Shown piece after piece: positions 59,117 through 64,000 of a stretch of DNA of 64,000 bases. Source of the stretch: Candidatus Bathyarchaeia archaeon. Lineage in GTDB: Archaea; Thermoproteota; Bathyarchaeia; Bathyarchaeales; Bathycorpusculaceae. Position 1 is the first letter of the stretch. Each line of letters starts with the position of its first letter. Where the stretch lies: NCBI GenBank assembly GCA_050010755.1, contig JBEKKK010000001.1:576001-640000 (forward strand), read 5' to 3'. The notes beneath the pieces were generated by a model. It saw nothing but the letters and a program-made list of their open reading frames with translations. It searched no databases and was not told the DNA's origin. The translations under genes and the position numbers were made by a program.

Positions 59117-59920
59117 TCAACTTTTTATGTGGGCTAGAGCTGTGTTCACAGCTTTGTCCTTATGTACGATCTCAACGAGTGCCTTAACCATGCCTAAGGG
59201 GTTGCGTGACTGCCAAACATTTCTTCCGAAAGCGACGCCGTTCGCTCCAGCTTCAACAGCATCTCTTGCCACTTCTAAGGCGTCCTTCTCCGTCTTCATT
59301 CTCGGGCCTCCAGCAACTACGACGGGTGTTAGGCATCCCGATACAACCTCCTTGAAAGACTCTACAGAGCCAGTGTAGAAAGTTTTTATCGTATCGGCTC
59401 CCATCGCCGATCCGACCCTCGCGGACAGTTTTACGAATTCAGCTAATCGTTCCTTTCCGCAGAATTCCCCTGTTGGAAACGTTTCAGCTATTAACGGCAT
59501 ACCGCACTCTTCGCATTCTGAAGCAACATAGCCGAGTGCTTTTAAACTCTCCGTTTCGTACTTTGTTCCTATGTAAGCCATCATTATGACGGCATCTGCG
59601 CCGAGACGAATAGCACCGTTAACAGTGTAAGTAAGGACAGAACGAGGTGCAGGATTGGGATGTAACGAGGTTTGCCCCCCATCTATTCTCAGAACAACCC
59701 CTAGCTTTCCAGCAATGATTTTGCATCCTTTTGACAGGGTTCCAGGGGTAACGATAACCGCGTCGGCTCCTCCCTTCACAGCTACTTCCAACACTTTCAG
59801 TGGATCTATCAATCCAGGCATCGGCCCGGCATAACCTTCATGATCCAATGCTATAATCACTGCCCTATTTTTCGAAGGATCTAAAATCCGACCCAGTCGT
59901 AATGTCTTTCCTGAAATCAT
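59117..59920 (-). CDS. Class I aldolase, DhnA/AroA'/LsrF family
   Basis: IIALDH, GADAV, GADTIKT, VAGG, FGRNVWQ. Confidence 0.9.
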   Translation of the reverse strand: MISGKTLRLGRILDPSKNRAVIIALDHEGYAGPMPGLIDPLKVLEVAVKGGADAVIVTPGTLSKGCKIIAGKLGVVLRIDGGQTSLHPNPAPRSVLTYTVNGAIRLGADAVIMMAYIGTKYETESLKALGYVASECEECGMPLIAETFPTGEFCGKERLAEFVKLSARVGSAMGADTIKTFYTGSVESFKEVVSGCLTPVVVAGGPRMKTEKDALEVARDAVEAGANGVAFGRNVWQSRNPLGMVKALVEIVHKDKAVNTALAHIKS

Positions 59921-60079
59921 TCATAACCCATTGGAAATTTCCTGGGATTTCATATAAGCTTTGCCTCATCCACCTTCACAACTTCTGCTTTTCAACGTAA
60001 TGATCGTCGGATCTCCCAATGAACGGGCATGATGATTGCAGCCTGTTTGCACTGTCATAGGCCTTACCGCGCGCCTTTT

Positions 60080-60180
60080 GAACAGGTGAAACAAGCAGCA
60101 ATGGAAGCAGAATATTACGAGTCGCCAACGTGGGGCCACAAATACCCCAAAATCCAAATACTGACTATTCCAGACTGCTT
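60080..60180 (+). pseudogene. Remnant C-terminus of a DNA methyltransferase/restriction endonuclease fusion
   Basis: AAMEAEYYESPTWGHKYPKIQILTI resembles the recalled G(F/Y)Y.S..W...YP.IQILTI tail of MTase-Mrr-like fusions; no upstream body. Confidence 0.5.
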
Positions 60181-61142
60181 AGGGGCTCTACCCTATTCTA
60201 CCACACACGCATTGAAGCCGTTATGACCACCAACGTTTCCGATTCCAGCCTTCCCTCCTTACGACAACCTGATTCCGCTACCCTGTAATTCTTGTTCAGA
60301 CTGTTTGCTTCTTTCTGGACTCGCCTTTTCAAATAAAAGTGCTTTCCAGCGACCACTCGCACAGGTTTGTTGCCTTGTTTTCCAAGGACAAGCCAAGGCT
60401 TTCGAGGTTTTTGCCGAGAACTCAAACAACCTCGCGAAAGAAAAATATGGACTTCGTTGCGATGGCCAAAAAGCTTAACAGTATTTGAGTGGGTAACTTA
60501 ATAGTACCTTATAGATGGAGTGAGTTAAAACTTGTGCATAAGGAACTTTGATGTTAGTGAGTGGAGTGGAAGAGACAAATGGAAAGTACGTGCTTGGGAA
60601 TGGAGAAATGCTAATAGGCCTGTAATTACCAAAAGTCCTTTAACCAAATAATACTTTCCTTAACAGGAAAATTCAAAAAACTAAGCCATGACAGATAAGT
60701 TTACAATATCTAAGAGAAAAAATCGCCGTGGGCTTATTTCAAGCGGAAAAGCCCCGCGAATCAACAAACTCTTTTAAAACCCTAAAAGCTAACAGAACTT
60801 CACACTCCAACAAAATTGTCCCAGACAAAAGACAGGAATTTTGCCTTTACAACAATTTCGGCGCGGGGCAACGCGTTGCCGCATCCGTCGGATTATCGCG
60901 CATCTGTTCCTAAAGTGGCAAAAATGGTTCCTATTCTTCTCTTGACATTCGCACGCGCTTTCATGGGGATTTATTCGAAAGACTAATCTTCACCCTGTGA
61001 GGGGCAGCAAAAAGCGAATGCTTTCCACCAGGTTGAAGCCTCAAGACAAACGTTCGCGCCGAAACGACCCGCCAGATAACAAAAAGAGCAGCTAACCCTT
61101 CGTAGCCCTTTCTCGTCAGGGCGCAACATCGAAACTTACAAA

Positions 61143-61385
61143 GCAACATTACACGGCAACATTACATCTGATGTAAAGAAAAAAAGGGGAGGGGCTAGCC
61201 GTTCATCATCGAAGCTTTCTAACCCAAAATCGAAGCTAAACCCGAACTGAGGATACCCACTTTAACAAGCAGCGACCCTTTCTTCAGCCCCTCTCAGAAA
61301 ACATCTTTCTCCAACATGGAGACACACGTGGATCCATTATGCGGATCCATTACATCTGATGTGTGTGAAAAAAAGGGAGGGGCCG
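61143..61385. repeat. Two imperfect direct repeats 188 bp apart
   Basis: CATTACATCTGATGT at 61160-61174 and 61348-61362, each followed by an A-run and GGGAGGGGC. Confidence 0.75.
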
Positions 61386-61633
61386 ACCGCACGAGTAAGA
61401 GTCTTCTCACTCATCGCCAGCTTGGACCAGAGCCTCGAACTTGGGCGAAAGCCATCAAAACATAGGGCCCCCAAGATTGTGGAACAGGATTGCGCTACAA
61501 TGCTCTGATACCAACGCATCATCGTTTGCATTATAGGATTTCAGTATCAGTAAGCCGCGCGGATAGAGAGAATTGAGGAAATTCCTCGCCTTCAAAGTAG
61601 GATAGGCTGATTTCCGGTTTTGAACCTGAGATT

Positions 61634-61710
61634 TGGTGCGGTCGCCGGGATTTGAACCCGGGTCGTCGGCGTGGGAGGCCGATGTCCTGGCCAGGCTAGA
61701 CTACGACCGC
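61634..61710 (-). tRNA. tRNA-Gly(CCC), CCA encoded, no intron
   Basis: GCGGTCG/CGACCGC acceptor, TCGGC-CTCCCAC-GCCGA anticodon arm, TTCAAAT loop. Confidence 0.95.
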
Positions 61711-61753
61711 ACAATGTCTTGGAGATTTACGAAGCGGGAAATGGTTTTAGCTT

Positions 61754-63418
61754 TTACTTGGCTTTCTCTGATGCAAGCTTATTGGCGGTAGAGTTGGCAT
61801 GTTGGGTCAGAATCGGTTCTCTCTTTTCCGGAGGTTCTTTTGGCTGTGAGTACATTCGTTTTGAGAAGTAGACCGTGGCTACTATGAGAATTGCCGTGCC
61901 TGCCGCGAAGATGTACATCAGGCTGCGGACGTTCTGCACGTTTTGGTTTTCGCTGGTCAGGTGTTGTTGATAATTGTTGTTCAAGTTTTGGTACTCCTGG
62001 AGAAGCAGACTGTAGTTTCCAAGCAGGTTGACATAGGTGTCGTTCAGCTGTGCGGCATAGTTGCTGAAGAGGTTAAGTTGAGCGGTTTCGTTGCTGAGTG
62101 TGCCGAATTGTGTTGTGTAGTTACTGAGAAGTTCATAATAAGTTGCGTTGAGGTTGAGATATTGGGCTAAGAGCTGATTATTGAGATCCAGGGTTTCGGA
62201 CGAGATTATTAGGATAGTCTGGCTTCTGGAAGAGTATGTGAGATACAGGTAGTTGGCTCCGGATATATTCAGCGGGGTCGGAGCGACTTCTTTGTCGCCG
62301 ACTAGTACGACAACGGAGCTGCTCATTAACCCCGTTGGGATGGCTATTCGCGAAAAACCAGCGGTGCCTTCTGCACCCGTGACGTTGAACTGTATTATCT
62401 CGTTCCCTGTTTCTGTTCCAACTTGGAACGCGAAGCCGGAGATTGTGGAGTTGCTGATAATTGAGACTTGGAAGGGCTGACCCGCATAGGTTGCTGTGAA
62501 GCTTGAAAATGGTCCCATTAGTGGATGGTTGTCTCGGTTGTTGCCTGAAGCTACGATATAACTTCCAGTGCTTATTCCGTAAACGCTGTTCTGACCTACG
62601 TAGCTGCTCCAGTAGTTGCCTTGACCGCCAAAGTCCCAATGGTTGGGACCGCTGCTGACCAACCATGAATCAAGAAAATTGTTGTCGTAAAAAGTGTTGT
62701 CAACGCAAAGTGTCGCGATAGTCTCTCCCACCGCACTGTTGTTATCAAAAGTGTTGCCTGAAAACGTGTTTGAGCCGCTCGTGTCAATGTAGATCCCACC
62801 AAAGTTTTCTGAGATAACGTTTCTCGAGAACAGGTTGTAGCTCGACGCGGCGAGGTAGATTCCGTATTGCCCGTTTGCCGTTATGGTGTTGTCTGAGACT
62901 GTGTTGTATTGTGTGTAAGAGGATACGATGCCCTGTTGTTGGTTGTTTAATATCGCATTGCTTGATATTGTGTTGTAATTAGAGTTTGTTATGTTGATTC
63001 CTTGTTGAGAATTCTCTATTATGTCATTACTTATCGTGCAATTGTTGAAGAATGACACAGCTATTCCAATGCTGGGGTTCAGGCTTGATGTGACATTGAA
63101 ACCTTCGATTGTGACGCCGTTAGCCGTTACGTCAACGATAAACTGGTTGTTTGATCCGTTGATGAACGTCGTGTCACTGCCCTCGCCGATCAGAGAAACG
63201 GTCTGGTTGACCACAAGGCTTTCGCTGTAGATTCCAGGGCTCACGAAGATGGTTTCTCCAGCTGTTGCGTTGTTGATGGCTGCCTGAATCAACTGATCAG
63301 GGCCCACTGTTACACTCGTCCCCTGTGCCTTTGCAGGCAATGCGAATCTGGACAGTAATGCTAGGATTAAGCAGAAGACGATGCAAAGGACTGAAAGGGT
63401 TTTTTTCAGTCTGAGCAT
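61754..63418 (-). CDS. Secreted NosD/beta-helix surface protein with coiled-coil stalk and C-terminal TM
   Basis: Signal peptide, IQAAINNA..G, PbH1 repeats, GNYW, coiled coil, TM; start MLRLKK. Confidence 0.87.
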   Translation of the reverse strand: MLRLKKTLSVLCIVFCLILALLSRFALPAKAQGTSVTVGPDQLIQAAINNATAGETIFVSPGIYSESLVVNQTVSLIGEGSDTTFINGSNNQFIVDVTANGVTIEGFNVTSSLNPSIGIAVSFFNNCTISNDIIENSQQGINITNSNYNTISSNAILNNQQQGIVSSYTQYNTVSDNTITANGQYGIYLAASSYNLFSRNVISENFGGIYIDTSGSNTFSGNTFDNNSAVGETIATLCVDNTFYDNNFLDSWLVSSGPNHWDFGGQGNYWSSYVGQNSVYGISTGSYIVASGNNRDNHPLMGPFSSFTATYAGQPFQVSIISNSTISGFAFQVGTETGNEIIQFNVTGAEGTAGFSRIAIPTGLMSSSVVVLVGDKEVAPTPLNISGANYLYLTYSSRSQTILIISSETLDLNNQLLAQYLNLNATYYELLSNYTTQFGTLSNETAQLNLFSNYAAQLNDTYVNLLGNYSLLLQEYQNLNNNYQQHLTSENQNVQNVRSLMYIFAAGTAILIVATVYFSKRMYSQPKEPPEKREPILTQHANSTANKLASEKAK

Positions 63419-63441
63419 TTTCTTTCCGTGGTGCAAACGGT

Positions 63442-64000
63442 TCACCTTAACTTCAGCGGGAAACGCAGGTCGAGTCTTGACAGCATCCTTCCCAGGCCCA
63501 CAGAGCCTGCTATTGCGATTGAAAAAGCAGGTAAAATGATGATGGCGCTGACGGTTGGCTGCAGGACTTGCCAAACGATGGTTGCGTAGGATGCGGCGAC
63601 TGCGAGTGCGAGAGCGATCGTGTAGAGCTTGTACTTGAAACTGGGGATTTTGCTTGATCCTGCTTGAAGTTGGCTCAGCGTCGTGTTGAGCAGGTTTTGT
63701 GCCTGTTTTATCTGTTCATCGGTTGCCAAAGCCGTCATGTTTTTGTCGATGTCTTGGAATTTGAAGCTTGAGAGGGCGTACTTTTGGAGTTCCCAGGGTT
63801 TCTTTTTGGGCAGGATTTTGACTATGCCGTTTTTCTCCATTTTTTTGAGGATGGTTTGGATTTTTCGTACGAGTTGAACGTCGGCTGTTTTCTCTTCTCC
63901 GTACAGTCTCTGTATGATGTTCTTAACGTCTGGAAAGGATAATTCGAGTTGAAAGGATGCTATTGCCTTGGCCAGACCGAACTGATGTTCTCCCTCGCGT
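63442..64000 (-). CDS. Hypothetical membrane protein (5' end outside the window)
   Basis: Frame stays open to the window end (REGEHQFGLAKAIASFQLELSFPDV..KIQTILKKMEK); two C-terminal TM helices. Confidence 0.7.
   Translation of the reverse strand, partial: REGEHQFGLAKAIASFQLELSFPDVKNIIQRLYGEEKTADVQLVRKIQTILKKMEKNGIVKILPKKKPWELQKYALSSFKFQDIDKNMTALATDEQIKQAQNLLNTTLSQLQAGSSKIPSFKYKLYTIALALAVAASYATIVWQVLQPTVSAIIILPAFSIAIAGSVGLGRMLSRLDLRFPLKLR

Noticed and set aside
20648-61710. Intact tRNA-integrated element with attL/attR
   Set aside because: No duplicated tRNA 3' end or integrase found by eye; the 9-nt CGACCGCAC match at 61384 is too short and in the wrong orientation

Overview
Archaeal chromosome segment. 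Gene content (archaeal ribosomal proteins, Spt5, eIF6, prefoldin, tRNAs with D-arm introns, NosD and PQQ surface proteins) suggests Bathyarchaeia; this is inference. Positions 1-18.5 kb carry the conserved minus-strand translation/secretion superoperon (rnp4-yhbY-rps19e-PDCD5-rpl39e-rpl31e-eif6-rplX-pfdA-ftsY-secE-spt5-rpl11-rpl1-rpl10-rpl12), broken by three inserts and followed by a haloarchaeal-type phosphomevalonate decarboxylase. Two divergent intron-containing tRNAs (Leu-TAA, Arg-CCT) lie at 20.4-20.8 kb. Between tRNA-Arg and an inward-facing tRNA-Gly(CCC) at 61.7 kb is a ~41 kb accessory region. It holds a NikR/P1B-ATPase pair and a dense catabolic cluster: Liv-type ABC importer, atypical M24 and M29 hydrolases, aminotransferase, AOR with FeS and FAD partners, POR with fused alpha-beta, ACD alpha, LeuA-like synthase, divergent AcnX, OYE reductase, isomerase, epimerase, aldolase and ADH. 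It also has a recurring intergenic palindrome AGCGNNCGCT, a methylase/nuclease remnant and a structured duplicated element beside tRNA-Gly. No CRISPR, integrase, transposase or rRNA was seen. All calls come from reading motifs by eye, not from database searches.
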